Of a stretch of 45,062 bases of DNA, positions 1 through 14,569 are shown in pieces. How positions within the stretch are numbered: position 1 is the stretch's first letter; the number at the start of each line of letters is the position of its first letter. Under the pieces are notes generated by a model. The model searched no databases, was not told the DNA's origin, and was given only the letters and a program-made list of their open reading frames with translations. Made by a program: the position numbers and the translations under genes. Origin of the DNA: Guillardia theta CCMP2712 (lineage: Eukaryota > Protista > Cryptophyta); contig NW_005434587.1 of the NCBI RefSeq assembly GCF_000315625.1, positions 297,027 to 342,088 on the forward strand, given 5' to 3'.

Positions 1-365
1 TCGGGCTTTTGTGATTTGGAATCAGCAGCTGGGCGGCATGACTAGAAGCTGAAGGTGTTCTTCATGCTGCTGCTTTGCCCATTTCCTCATCAAAAGCTTA
101 CGTTTCTTTCTGGTTCACCTCTCTTCTTGCTTGTCCTTTCGCTTCTTTGTCTTTCTATAGTCTCACATTAATGATTTGTTGTATTATGGTGGTAATAATT
201 AGGAGAGCCAACGTGAAGGGGAAACCAGAGAGAGAAGAGCGAGAGAGGAGAGAGAAGAGAGGAGAAGAGAGGAGGAGAGAGGGGAGAGGAGCGAGGAGAG
301 AGGAGGAGAGAGAAGAGAGGAGGAGAGAGGAGAGAGGAGAAGAGAGAGAAGAGCCTTCAAGACCT

Positions 366-1649
366 CATCAATAGCTCGTCCTATCCGCTCAAGCACAAAG
401 AGAGAGAAGAATCCGCACATGGAGACTGCTGTTCCTGTCTTCCACTGGCTGATACGGGAATTCAATGTCCTCCTCCTCCTCCTCCTCCTCCTCCTCCTCC
501 TCCTGTCTCTCACTGTCCTCCTCCTGTCTCTCACTGTCCTCCTCCTACCTTGAAATGTTGACTGGAGCTCGAGGCGAAGACCCGAAGCTTGTGGTCGTCC
601 ACCCCTTGGCCATGAGCAGCAGCAGCGCTGACGACAATCATGAGACACCAACAAGGTGGGAGGAGCTGGGGATGTGGAGGAGAAGACGGAGGAGGGCAGG
701 AGATGGAGGTGAAGATCGAGGAGAGAAGGGGGAGGAGGAGGAGGAGGAGGAATGGGGCAGGGGAGGAGGGGGAAGCGGAGATAGAGATGAAGGAGGAGAT
801 GAAAGGGGGGAGGGGGAGGGGGAGGGGAGGAATGAGGGAGGAGGAGGGGGAGGAGGAGGGGGAAGAATGAGGGAGCGGAAGTGGCAGGAGAACAAAGTTT
901 CTTACTCATGATGATGATATTTGACAATGATCCCGCCACTTCACCCAATCCCTGCAGGGCTTTGCGTCCTTCCCCGTCGTCTGCGTACTGACAGACCAGC
1001 GATGAGATGAAGCAGCAGAGGAGGGGGCGAAGGGAACGCGAGAGAGGAGTGCAAGAAGAGGAAGGGGAAGGGGAAGAGGAAGAGGAAGAGGAAGAGGAAG
1101 AGGAAGAGGAAGAGGAAGAGGAAGAGGAAGAGGAAAACGAGGGAGAGGGAGGCAGAGGGAGGGAGAGGAGCAGTAAAAGGAAAAGTGACCGAATAGACAG
1201 AAGGAGAGTGTGTTGCTTCCCTAAGAAAGGGAAAAGAAATGGCCATGACAATGAAGGTGAAAATGGTGGAGGTGATAATGATGGAGGAGGAGAGAGGAGA
1301 GAGGAGAGAGGGAGGAGGAGAGAGGAGAGAGGCGAGAGGAAGAAGTGTTGTGTTGGTCACCTGCAAGCCATGGAGGGTCTCGAAGAAGACGCTGATGTAC
1401 TGGAAGAGAAGAGCAGCAGCGAGAAGCATCTCAACAGGATGGAGCGGCTGCGATGGAGAAGTGAGGGATGAAGACAAGGAGAAGAAAAGAACCTGAGGCT
1501 CCCTGACTCTCACATACGCAAAGAATGAGAAGAAGATGATGATGGTGTACATGATAGTCCACCCCACAAACATCTCGAGAAGTCCCTTGGGGATGGTTAG
1601 GAAGGAAGGGCAAGTGACAACTTGGAATCATCATCATCAGCATCAGCAT

Positions 1650-1739
<90 letters not shown>

Positions 1740-1740
1740 T

Positions 1741-1773
<33 letters not shown>

Positions 1774-2901
1774 CCTGTTCATCCACTGAGAATTGCTGAT
1801 ACCACCATCTAATACAGCGGCAGCAGTCAACATCACACGTGTCGAAGAGGAAGCGGAGACAAGCAAAGAGGAGGAAACGAAGTTGGGAAAGGAACATGAA
1901 GGGGGAAGGAGAAGGAGAGGAAAAAGGAGAAGAAGATTGAGAAGGAACGAGGAGCAGGTGTCGGGGAGAGGGGCAGGCATGAAGGAGGGGAGAATGTCGT
2001 CATGATCATGAGGAAAGGAGCAAGTCAATCATGAAGAAACTTTTACCCTCCCGAGTTGAGAAACGTGAGAGAAAATTGAAGGTCGACAACGTCATCGCAA
2101 TTGCTCAGCATAGTATACCACTGACAGAGCAGCGTCAGGCCTTCGAGCTGCAAGGCAGCAAAACAACCTGAGCCGGTTGATCGGTCGGTGACAAGTTGAG
2201 ATCAGCTTGATAGCTTCCAAGCGGAACATTCAGACCTGCTCGACGAAGAGGTTAAGCAATCAACAAACAGCAAACAATCACAAGTCTGAGGTTCACAAAC
2301 AGGACACAACAATTGTCTGAGAGCTACACAAACAGAAGACAAGACAGATATGAAGACAGAAAACCTTCACTAAGGGAATCGTCTTGCTCGTCCTCTGTAA
2401 CCTACAAGCAAATCAGCTTCTCTCTTGATACTTTCCCCTCCCACCATTAGCGAAACATTTCGCAGCCCCATGCATGAAAGCTCCTGGTAGTGTGCGAGAA
2501 TGTGCGGCCAAGACTCTATGCTGTCACGAAGATTTGAGTTCCGAGAAGGTGCAAGGAAGTAGGTAGAGGAGGAGGAGGATGAGGAGGAGGAGGAGGAGGA
2601 GGAGGAGGAGGAGGAGGAGGAGGAGGAGGAGGAGGAGGAGGCACCTGCCATCGAAGAAGAGGAATCGTTGACCGCGTACTCTTGTTTTTGTCTTCACGAG
2701 AATTCTTCCTCCTGTCTTGTCGAACGTGAACTGACCCAAGTAAATTTCGCTAAATCTGCAAATCCAGTCAGCCTCAACTACCCTCCCTCCTTCCCCCCTT
2801 CCCTCCTCTGCTCACAATTGTGCTGATGAACGCAGTTTGCCCCGGATAACTTTTCCCTGCGATCCCCCAAGACGCCACAGCAGGAGGCAGAAGATCAACC
2901 G
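366..2901 (-). CDS. TMEM145/GPR180 (GpcrRhopsn4 / intimal-thickness-receptor family) membrane protein, multi-exon; start not located, probably continues past the left edge
   Basis: Hand-spliced exons: GKVIRGKLRSSAQ / EIYLGQFTFDKTGGRILVK..QRFLFFD / ESWPHILAHYQELSC / WYTMLSNCDDVVDLQFSLTFLNSG / WWYQQFSVDEQ / GLLEMFVGWTIMYTIIIFFSFF / LHPVEMLLAAALLFQYISVFFETLH / YADDGEGRKALQGLGEVAGSLSNIIIM / ALLLLMAKGWTTT. These follow the TMEM145 pattern WWY..LS.C...LTNG..HFSADE.G, YA.DG.G and LL.LL.KG(W/F)T. Confidence 0.75.
1075..1135. repeat. (GAGGAA)n hexamer microsatellite in an intron of the TMEM145-like gene
   Basis: Directly visible tandem array. Confidence 0.95.
1628..1770. repeat. (CAT)n/(CAG)n trinucleotide microsatellite, intronic
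   Basis: Directly visible. It lies between the minus-strand exons ...FSVDEQ and GLLEMF... and produces the spurious poly-His, poly-Met and poly-Asp ORFs. Confidence 0.95.
2566..2641. repeat. (GAG)n microsatellite, intronic
   Basis: Directly visible. Confidence 0.95.
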
Positions 2902-3690
2902 CTGAAAAATTGACAACTTGTCAACAAATACATTCAATCGACTTTCATTGGTATCGTACACTTCCAGCCACATCATGCCTCAACATCACCCTCGTCCTCT
3001 TCACCCCCTCAGTTCTTGCAGTTCTCTCATCACCATCATCATTCTCTCAGTGTTCTTTGTATTCTCTCAGTGTTCTTTGTCTTCAGCATATCGACTTGAG
3101 AGACGTCAATTTCTCCATTGCCATCGCAATGCCCATCTTGTCTACTTTCTTATCTCCGTCTCTCAGATTCTAACCTTCCCTGTTGAGTGTGTGGTCTCTC
3201 TTTCTCTCTCCACAGATAGTTCCTATCAGGGAGAAGATTGGTATCATGAAATGACATGTTCTTCATTGGGGTTGCCATGAATGACATCGAAATCATCACA
3301 TGCTACCACAAATCTTCGATCTTGATATCTCATTCGCTTCCTCCTTGTACTTGTCTTCCTCCTGATCCTCATCATTTTGGTTGCTCTCCTCCTCCTCCTT
3401 CTCCTCCTCCTCCTCCTGATGCTCCTCCCCCCTCCCTTCCCCTCCCCTTGCATACCTGGATCCTCATTTCTCAATCGGGTGACACCGTAACACCGTACCC
3501 TACCTCCTCATTTCACCCCCACCCCTCCAACTCTTTCCACCACCCCTTCTTTTTACAAATAATGTAATCATTAAGTACCCCAGTACGTGGAAATTTTGAT
3601 ACCCACCCCTGTATGCACTTGCTACCCCACCCTGGTTTTCCCCTACAGGCTCCCGCCAAAGACAATTTCTGCTCCGACAGGTTTGACCTG

Positions 3691-5730
3691 ATGGCGTCGC
3701 CGCTTGAGCGCTACCTGGCGGATAGCCTGAGGATTCCGCAGCTTCCCCAGCAGAGGCCCAGCTCTACTTACCTCGCCCACTCCAGCAGAGATCCACAGGA
3801 GATCCTGGACAGAATCTCGTACAGCATGTCCGCGGTCAGTCCAGGTGAGAGAAACGGGAGTGGGAGCAACAAGGCTGAAAGAATGGCAGGACGGGCATCG
3901 TACTCGGAGGTCAACCACTTGAACGAGGATGAGCAAGAGATCCTCAACAGAATAGCGACGAGAGTCTCAGCCAGATTTGTGTCCCATGAGACACCCAGGG
4001 CTGATGTGAGGAACTCAAAGCCGGTTGCTCCTCCTGCGCAGGCTGGGCAGAACCATGCCAACGCTCCGTTGAAGATGGACAAGTCGACCTCCTCGGACGA
4101 TATGGAGGTCGGGGCTGACAAGCTAGTGGAAGACAACAGTTCGATCATGGAAGAGAACAAACTTCTAAGAAGAGAGTATGCGGAGTTGTATGAAATCAGC
4201 GAGTATACTGAAACCCAGAGTGATAGTTTGCACGTTTGAAATATGTTGACAGGAGGTTAAAGTCTGAGCGACTATCGCAAGATGAGAATTTACGCAAAAC
4301 TGTCAACGCCATGGTCGAACCTTATATGGATGCACCCTGATGTTGATGTTTCTGCAGAATCTCAAGTACTCAAGTCTGCAGTCACAATATTCTTATTCCC
4401 TAGCCGAGATAGAAAGCTTGGTTTGTTTCGTCATGAGCTCATAGATGTGGATATTGATTCACGCATATCAGAAAGAACACTCCATCAAGATGGAGATGAT
4501 CGCGCAGCAAAAGGTTTCTTGCGATCGGCGATAGTGTTCCGTCAGTAAGAGTCTATCAGATTCAAGACGTCGACTCTCAACGAAAAGTAGCCGTCAGATA
4601 CTGTGAGGTGATGGAAATAATTATCTACTTACAACCTTGACCTACCAGACTGCAGAGCCTCGAGAGCTCACTACTCGATGAGAAGAAGTGACCAACAGAT
4701 CATTCAGCTTCAGTTGTTGAACTCTTTGATGCAGGAAACTGCAAGTCGCCATCCTTACGAACGAGAAGTTGAGGAGGCAACTGCTTGAGGTTTCTAAGAA
4801 GGTGAGCGTTGGATTTAAGTGTGTGAATGAAGAATCATTTCATCAGGACATCATTCCTCCGGTCGATGCTGACTACGACGACGACACGTCAAACCTTGTC
4901 AAGAGGTACGAACACTCGACGACACGTCAAACCTTGTCAAAAGGTACATGTTCTCTTCCCTTACATCTGTGACAGGTTGTCAAATTCCAAGAAGACTCTC
5001 CTGGACGGGGCTGAGGTATGACAAGCATTCTAGCCCCCTGCTTGACTGCCGCTTCAGCCCGGAAACCCGACAGAAGGGGAGGGGACTAGGCGATCCTCGG
5101 CAAACCTTTCTGCTGCTCGAGAAAACGACGCTGACGATGCGACTGCAAGCGACAAGAGGATGATGAGTGTGATTCATGAGCAAGCCATGGTGTGCTCAGT
5201 CTGTTCAGCAGCACATCATAGTCTGACCTTGTTGCAGATCATCCAGCAGCTCCGGAATGAACTTGCCCTCTCCACAAGGTGAGTTGCCGTCAAAGCCGCA
5301 AAATCTATGACTCCCAGGAGTAGAGTTGAGAATCCCCTGCTGGACTTGGACCCTCTCGAAGTTCTCCGCGTTTCCCTCAACATCTCCCTGGCGCCAGACT
5401 CAGGTAGATGTTCGGCTCGCATGAGCGGTGCTGATCCTCTGTCAGGATTGGAGCGGCAGGAGCGGGCGTTGGCTCTGGTTCAGCGACTTTGCGGTCAGGC
5501 ATCTCCTGACGATGCAGCAGGTCAAGCAGGCGGTGGAGTCGCAGACAGGGTGGATCCTCGCGCCTGCGTTAGCTGAGATGGCCTCGGAGGCTTTCGGTCA
5601 CAGTGCAGCTGAGGTTGCGCCCGAGCTACCAAGTTCTCCCTGACAGGCGGAGGCCAGGTGGACTGAGGCTCTATCAGGCACGGTAACCCTAGCCCAGCCT
5701 GTCATTGTCCTCGTACTGAGTCAGTGACGT
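3691..5730 (+). CDS. Multi-exon hypothetical coiled-coil protein (3' end approximate)
   Basis: Long first exon MASPLERYLADSLRIPQ...EENKLLRREYAELYEISE. Many short GT-AG-bounded exons with heptad-like content follow (e.g. LRRQLLEVSKK, IIQQLRNELALST, LERQERALALVQRLCGQ, QVKQAVESQTGWILAPALAEMASEAF). No family recognised. Confidence 0.6.
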
Positions 5731-6281
5731 TGGCAGTCAGTGCCGCCCGGCTCCGAGTCGGCGGCCCCGGCGGCCCCCGGGGTTGAATCACTGAGTGCCT
5801 GATGCGTTTTAAAACTTCAGGAACTCTTCTTTACTCAAAGTCAAGTCCGGTACCAAAACTCCAATTTTATTCTATCAAAGTGCCTGTTGGTGCTTGGACA
5901 GTCACGAGACCGCAGCACAAGGGCCCTACCCCCTCATATCACCTTGGAGGACCCACCTACTCGTAATGAGTCACTTAACCGTGCCCACCTGGGAACCCGG
6001 GTACTATACGCAGTTTCTAGGACCAGAGTTCGTATCGAGGCCTTACAGAGGGCCTAGCATCCCCTATGCAATGAAGTTTCCCGAATGTTGACAAGAGGGG
6101 TGGTGACATACTGGGAATACGGAGGGGTCGTGGACACAACCGGGGGGTCGAGGGGGTGGGGGTTGCATCGGGGTCGGACTTATCGCCGTGAGAGCGGGAT
6201 TTCCACGCCCCGAGGAGCTCGACTCGAGGGACGGCACAGCAGAGCGCGAGGAGGAGAGCAGTAGAAAGGTTACGAGCAGCG

Positions 6282-6821
6282 ATGAGCAGTATGGAGAAGA
6301 GACTGTCTGAATTAAAGACCGAGCTCGCGAAATGTGATAAGGTCTTGACGTTCTTCAGGAACAGCGCAAGGACTGAAGTTACGAGTGAGTAGATGTGCCA
6401 GAGCGCCATGGACGTCAAAGGCATCAACTCACCTGCTGTCAGGGTTAGTGGACGAGATACAAGACCGCAAGACCAGGATATTGGAAGAGATGTCGGTGGT
6501 ATGCCATCTCACACACTTGAAACTTGGAGCCTCACGTATCCGTTTTCAGGTCAAGTCTGTGATAGCACGCCCAAAAGGATTCCCAAAGAAAAAAATCGAG
6601 AAATATGTTAGCGTTGCTTCAGGAGTGATGATTTTTTGAGGACAGAACTCCATGCATGTCCATGTATTGATTGCTATTCATGAATGTACTAGAGTAAGAA
6701 TGATCCATCCGATCCCATAATGTGTTCATGATTAATTCTGCATTTGATGCATCGATGAATCATGTATCGGTAGAGGAAGTATCTCGAAGGCATAGAGGAA
6801 TCGTTTTTACAACCAGCCTGA
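6282..6821 (+). CDS. Small multi-exon hypothetical protein
   Basis: MSSMEKRLSELKTELAKCDKVLTFFRNSARTEVT|RLVDEIQDRKTRILEEMSV|VKSVIARPKGFPKKKIEKY splices in phase over two ~55-nt GT-AG introns. The final exon RKYLEGIEESFLQPA* is tentative. Confidence 0.4.
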
Positions 6822-7054
6822 TCATGTTGCTAGCCGTGATAATCTTCGCCTCGTTGAGGTCTGCAACAACTTTAGTATTGTCATTTTATGCCAATGTTTA
6901 CCCTCCGAGGCTCAGGGCCTTTCACTTCAAGTAAAGTCTGTCGTATGGAATTGATCAACGGATTGCGGCAAAGTTTGGGCGGCCGATGACCTCGGATCGA
7001 GCCTCCACATCACTGATCAGTGCCATGATCGGATGCTCTTAACCAGCCTGAGCA

Positions 7055-7500
7055 GTGAAACTGCGGGCCCGGGGTGCGAGCCTGACGAGGCGAGTCGGTG
7101 ACCGTACAAGTCGCCGCAAGCATTCACTCAGCGTGGCCTGCCACTGGCAGCATCATGTGCCGCTGCCCGGCGGCGGGCACGGTCTCGCGGAGCCCGGTGT
7201 CCAGCCCGGGCCGCGGGCTCGGCGGGGCCCGGGCCGGCAGTGACTGCAGCCTGCCGCAGTGCCCTGAGCCTCAGCGGCCATCACGGTCAGCGGCGGCCCG
7301 GTGCCCGGAGCCAGGCTGAGTCGCGCCCGCCGCCACGGCTCATCATCATCAGCATTCGGTTGAAGTTTGACCGGGACTCAGGGCCGGGGACTCCGGCGGC
7401 GGTCGGCGCCGCCCGGCCCGCCGCCGGGCTGACTGCGGCACCGTCCGCGCTGCGGCCCACTCAGGCCGGCCGGGCCGCCGGGCCCGGCCCCGGACTCAGT
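7055..7500. other. GC-rich intergenic island (CCCGGG/GGCCGG/TGACT-rich)
   Basis: Very high GC and CpG, no credible coding frame. Similar islands at ~5740-5790, 18090-18480, 32690-33065, 36070-36255 and 38095-38580. Confidence 0.6.
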
Positions 7501-7589
7501 CGGGAAAGGGGTGGGGGTGGGGGTGGGGGTGAGAAGATAACGTGTTGGGACGTACAAGGGGTGGGTAGTCGGCGGCTATTCTGGGCAAC

Positions 7590-8251
7590 ATGCTGATCAA
7601 CCTGGTAAGAGCAGCAGAAGCAGCAGCAGCAGCAGCAGCAGCGTTGTGGGAGCAAGAGTAGATGCAGAAGGAAGGGCATAAGATGTAGAGTACTAGATTT
7701 GGAAACCTACATGACAAATAGCAAGATCGTGATGAGTAGCCGGAGTGAGTCGTATGTGGCTGGTAAAATAACATCCTGCGCTGCCCGTGGTGATGGGATA
7801 AATAATGAGATGAGAACTTATTCACCAGCAGCGCTGAGTGAAACAGATTCCAGTATCGTATTATGTGCTCTCTGATTTGGTTGGTTAGAACATGGCAGCA
7901 TTCACCATCGGGTATCAGAATGGTTATTCCGATGCCAAGAAGGCAAACTCGCCAGGAGGACAAGGATACGCGGCTGCTTACAAGTCAGGACTGCAGGCTG
8001 GTCTCAAGGTATTTGGCGTTTGCTGAAGCTGCGAAACTCCAAAAGGCGCTGACATAGCGTTCCAGCACGAGGAAAACCATCTCCAGTTCCTTCAGAGCAT
8101 GAAGAGAGCACGCGAGGCATACTATGCTGCTACCTCAGGAGGACAAGGAACAGCGGTAGGGAGAGATGGATGGGGAAGCGTCCGTTGACAACATGTGCAG
8201 GCTATGGGGGTTGTTCTGCCAAGCCAACCGATCGACACAGGAAGTCTCTGA
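7590..8251 (+). CDS. Possible small micro-exon gene of unknown function
   Basis: Phase-compatible short exons IPVSYYVLSDL|NGYSDAKKANSPGGQGYAAAYKSGLQAGLK|RSSTRKTISSSF separated by ~45-50-nt GT-AG introns. Start and stop are uncertain. Confidence 0.3.
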
Positions 8252-8348
8252 GAGGTTCACGTGTGTGTTTAGCTCGTCTTTGTGAATATGTTGTTTTTTC
8301 ATGTAATAACTTCTTGCTTCTCGGCTTGTTTTCTGAATGTTTCTTACT

Positions 8349-10431
<2,083 letters not shown>

Positions 10432-11169
10432 GATGTGAGAGGAGCTTCAGATGTTCAACAGCTTGCACTCAAATGGTTCCCAAGATCTGATCTGAACTGT
10501 TGCCCCACTGAAAACTGAATGAGTTAGTCAATGATTCCACAAAGCGATGCAAGGATCAACAAAGGTGGCATCGTAGCTGGACAGAAGGAGATGAACGCGT
10601 CAACGGATTGTATGTTCATGAAATCAGGAGGGAAGTACAGGAACAAACAAGACAGGGGCTGTCAGCCGTAGCCATTTCGTTGGATCAGGCTTTACATGAC
10701 ATTCCCTTTGACCTCCTGTCTTCCCTCAAAACTTTAACCCTACTACCTTCTAGCCACTCGAGCATTTCTCCCTCTACCTGCTACAATCATATTCTCGTTA
10801 CCTCGCTCCTCTACCCCCCTCCCTCCCTTCCCTCTTCCTCTCTCTTCCTCTCCTCCGCTTTCTGCATGCCATGCAAGGCCTCCGAGTCCTAAGTGAATCC
10901 TTAACTAAAACTCTGATTGAGCTAAACCCAACTGTGCATGGCCGTTACATTTTCATGAAGGCCGTTTGAATCCGTTACTACACAAATATCGTTACTCGGC
11001 TCGTGTATGGTCACAATTTTGAATGCGGGGTGACTATTTTCTAAATTAATTACAATGCTTCACAAATATACTAGTTATTTTGGAAATTTCTGTAATAAAG
11101 TTCGAAATCTAACCAAGTGATCTAATGTTTTGTGGCCACCGGGAGGGATCAGCCTGCAATTAGCAGAGG

Positions 11170-13791
11170 ATGGCAGCGGTAGCTGAGCACGCAGAGCGGC
11201 AGGAGGGAGAGGAGGAGCAACAAGAGCAGGGAGAGCAGGGAGGAATGGATCCAGGAGATCAGGGAGAACAAGGACATGGGGAGCAGGGAGGAAAGGAAAA
11301 TGGGGAGCAGGACGAAGGAGGCAAAGAGGAAGGTGAAGCAGAGGAAGGTGAAGTAGCTGGTCAAGCGAACGATGAGCAAAGTAAGACCGCGCAGAGCAGT
11401 GATAAAGATGCACCGAGCACCGCTGGCTCTGCAAAAGCGGGTCAGGGGCGGAAGATAAGGAGGAGGGCGAAGAGGGTGAAGAGGAAGGTGAAGTGGTTGA
11501 CGAAGGAGGTGAAGAGGGAGAAGGATATGGAGAGGGTCGTCCACAAGGAGAAGGTTATGCTGAATCGCACGGGAGCTACTCTGGGGACATGAAGGAGGCT
11601 TCCGACGAAAGAGATCATACAGACTGGGTGATGGTTACAGGCATTCCAGCTGCTGATCTCGACCTCAGTAAGCTTTCGGAACTGTTCGCAAAGTATGGAA
11701 AAGTGCTCGAGATCTTCGCGGAAGAGAATGTGGAGACGCCACCTGTGTTTGTTCGCTTGTCTGGAGAATCAGGAGCCTCCACAGAGAGTGGACAACAGGA
11801 GGATGCGATGCTCTGCGTGGAGACGGCGGTTAAGGAACTCAACAATACTGAGTTCGGTGGTGCCACCATGGCAGTGGCAAAAGCACCTCCCCTTCATCAA
11901 GTATTCGTCGGCAACATTCATCCAGACACCAAGGAGGAGGAGGTCATTGAACTCTTCAAGAAGTTCGGAAAGCCTGACAGGTCCATCGTGATGCGAAGCG
12001 CTGAAGGAATCAGTTTGGGCTATGGCTTCTTGGAATTTTCGGATGCCTCGCAAGCAAGGAAAGCTGTTGAGGGAATGAACCTCATAGTATACAAGGAGCG
12101 ACAGCTGCGAGTAGATTTTGCGGATTGTCGTTCGAAAAGTTCTCAGTTCTCGCCAATTGTTTTCATCGACCAGTTGCCTCGCACGTTTGTTGACTTGGAG
12201 AAATTGAGGTCTATCTTTTCGCCCAAAGGTGCCATGGTGGATTGTCACTTGGCCAAAGGTCCCGGAAACGTGACAAGAGGCTTTGCGTTTGTGGAGTATG
12301 AAACTCACGATTCTGCGTACTCTGCCTTTCGTGAGCTGAATGGCTACAAACTCGAAGGTCAACCCATCCGTGTGAGTTTTGGCAACCCAGCTTCCTGGAA
12401 TTACTGGAAAGTTCGATCGTCCAAGTTCAACAAGAACAGATTCTTCGGGCGTGACTTTCGAGGAGGAATGGGACGAGGGGCTGGAGGTCGAGGCTCCGGA
12501 ACCCTCAAGGGCTTCCGTGAAGGGATGATGCCGAACATGATGGGTCGGGGTGGTGCCATGGCTTCCGGCATGAACATGATGGGCCGAGGAATGATGGCGG
12601 GACGTGGGGGAGCAGGGGGAAGGATGCCTCCGCCTGCTGCTGTGATGATGAACATGATGGCAGCGATGGGAAGAGCTGCCAAGATGGCCCGTGGAAACAT
12701 GGGTGGGATGATGCCAGGTAGGAACATGCCTATGGACATGCAGCGACAAGGCATGCCCGGGATGCCAGCCGGGGGAATGATGCCCAACATGGACAATTCT
12801 GCTGGAGGAGGCAGGGATTCCCATGACAGACGTTTGAACGCTGCTGTCTCACCAGGTCAACCGGTGATGAACTCACAATTCGTGAAGGAGCAAGAGAGGA
12901 GGAAACTTGACTATCAGCGCCAGCTGCAACAACAGCAGTCGCAGCAGGCTGCCTACATGGGAAATCCAAACCCCAAATCGAACAGAGAGATGATGATGGG
13001 AAATCAGATGCCGGATTACATGCAGCAACCTCAACAACAGCAAATGTCGCCCTCCTACAACCAGGGAGGTTTCATGCAAGGTCAACCGATGCAGATGAAC
13101 CAACAAGGGTTTCCGATGATGAACGATCAGTCACAAATGATGGGGTATGGACAGCAGATGGGACAGCCGATGGGACAGCAAATGGCCAATCCTTATGGAA
13201 ACTCAATGCAGAACATGGGATACAACTATGGGGGTCAGCAGGGGCAGTTCGGTTACGACCAGGGCATGAATCCACAGATGAATCCACAAATGAACCCGCA
13301 GATGGGCTACCAAGGAGCACAGACTTTCCCCAACCAGATGCCGCAGGTATAGTTTGATGAGATTGTCGCGATGATCCTGTGTCATGATGATTGTTCAGTG
13401 AAGTGAAACGCGTCAATATCATGTGCATGTTAGCTGATTTGGCTGATAGCAGGGGCAGATGATGCAGCAGAACATGCCAGGTCAGCAAGGAATGTACGGA
13501 GGATACGGAGACGCGTCCTACGGGCAGAGCCAGCAAGGTGGATACGATCAGTCGGCCTACAACCAACAGCTCATGCAAGGCGGCGGCTACGGGATGCAGC
13601 AAGGAGGCCAGAACTACAATCCTTCGGCGTACATGCAGAACAATCAGCAGTCCATCTACCAACAAGCCTACCAGGGCGGCAATGCCGGCTATGGTGGTTT
13701 CGATGGAGGCAGTTACGGAATGCAGCAAGGACAGATGCAGCAGGCAGGCTCGAAGCGCTCTGCTGCCTCAATGTACGAGGGGCAATACTAG
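11170..13791 (+). CDS. RNA-binding protein with acidic N-terminus, three RRM domains (Raver1/2-like) and a long M/G/Q/Y-rich low-complexity C-terminus
   Basis: RNP motifs VFVGNI..LGYGFLEF and VFIDQLP..TRGFAFVEYET..IRVSFGNP. An intron at ~11381-11445 joins the acidic 11170 ORF to the 619-aa ORF, and an intron at ~13347-13451 joins the last exon, which ends at TAG 13789-13791. Confidence 0.9.
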
Positions 13792-14569
13792 CAGTCTCTC
13801 CTGTTGAGCGCAAAGTTGCAGACTGACCACATGCAAGATGAGATACTTGAGATGAGTTAGGCCTTTGCTCGCAGGAAGGATTGTAGAGTATGAGATGACG
13901 TGACATAGTTGGGAGAGGAAGGGGATGCAATGAGATTTGTGGGATAGGGGAGGAAGGTATCAAAGTGAGGGAGCAAGGACTTTCTTTTTCGCTTCTTTCC
14001 ATGTGCGCGTGGGCTCAACTCGATTTTCTTGACTGCATTAGCGTTTCACGGTCAGTAGGAAGGTGATGGGGTGGAAAAGGTTTTGAACATTTTCAAATCG
14101 TCTGCTGATGTTTGAAATCCACAAGAGAATATTTGGTTCCAACGATTGAGGATTGTGAGGTGCGAGATGGTTTGGTGGATCAATCAATGATGGTACTTGC
14201 GATATCAACCAGCCTTAGCCAGCATAGAACGATGTTGGTAGATAGCTTGCAAGAAAACCGATGACATCTTTATAGAATTGAGTCGGAATGGTACATTAGA
14301 GGTGTTTGCTGTCAGTTGTCATGTCTCACTCGGCCGAAGTGCAGCCAGGATGTTTGCTAAGGAGGCAGCGCGTGACCGGGGTCAAGCACGACGGGCAGCT
14401 GAGGATCGTCTGGGCTGTAAAGGCATGAATGAAGCATCTCAAAAGTCTCCTCCTCGTTCCACCGTCGCTCCTCGTTCCTCAATTTCGCCTACTCATCCTT
14501 CCTGCGTCACTACGAGCCTGAACGGATCGCGTCTTGCTCCCTGTGTGTTCCCGCAGCCATTATTGGTGG

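Noticed and set aside
75-1471. Plus-strand Glu/Arg/Gly-rich ORFs
   Set aside because: They are antisense to the TMEM145-like gene and are stop-free only because of purine-rich repeats.
1431-2028. Poly-His, poly-Met and poly-Asp proteins in the ORF track
   Set aside because: All are translations of an intronic (CAT)n microsatellite.
11769-12824. 351-aa minus-strand ORF
   Set aside because: Antisense shadow of the RRM gene with no independent motif.
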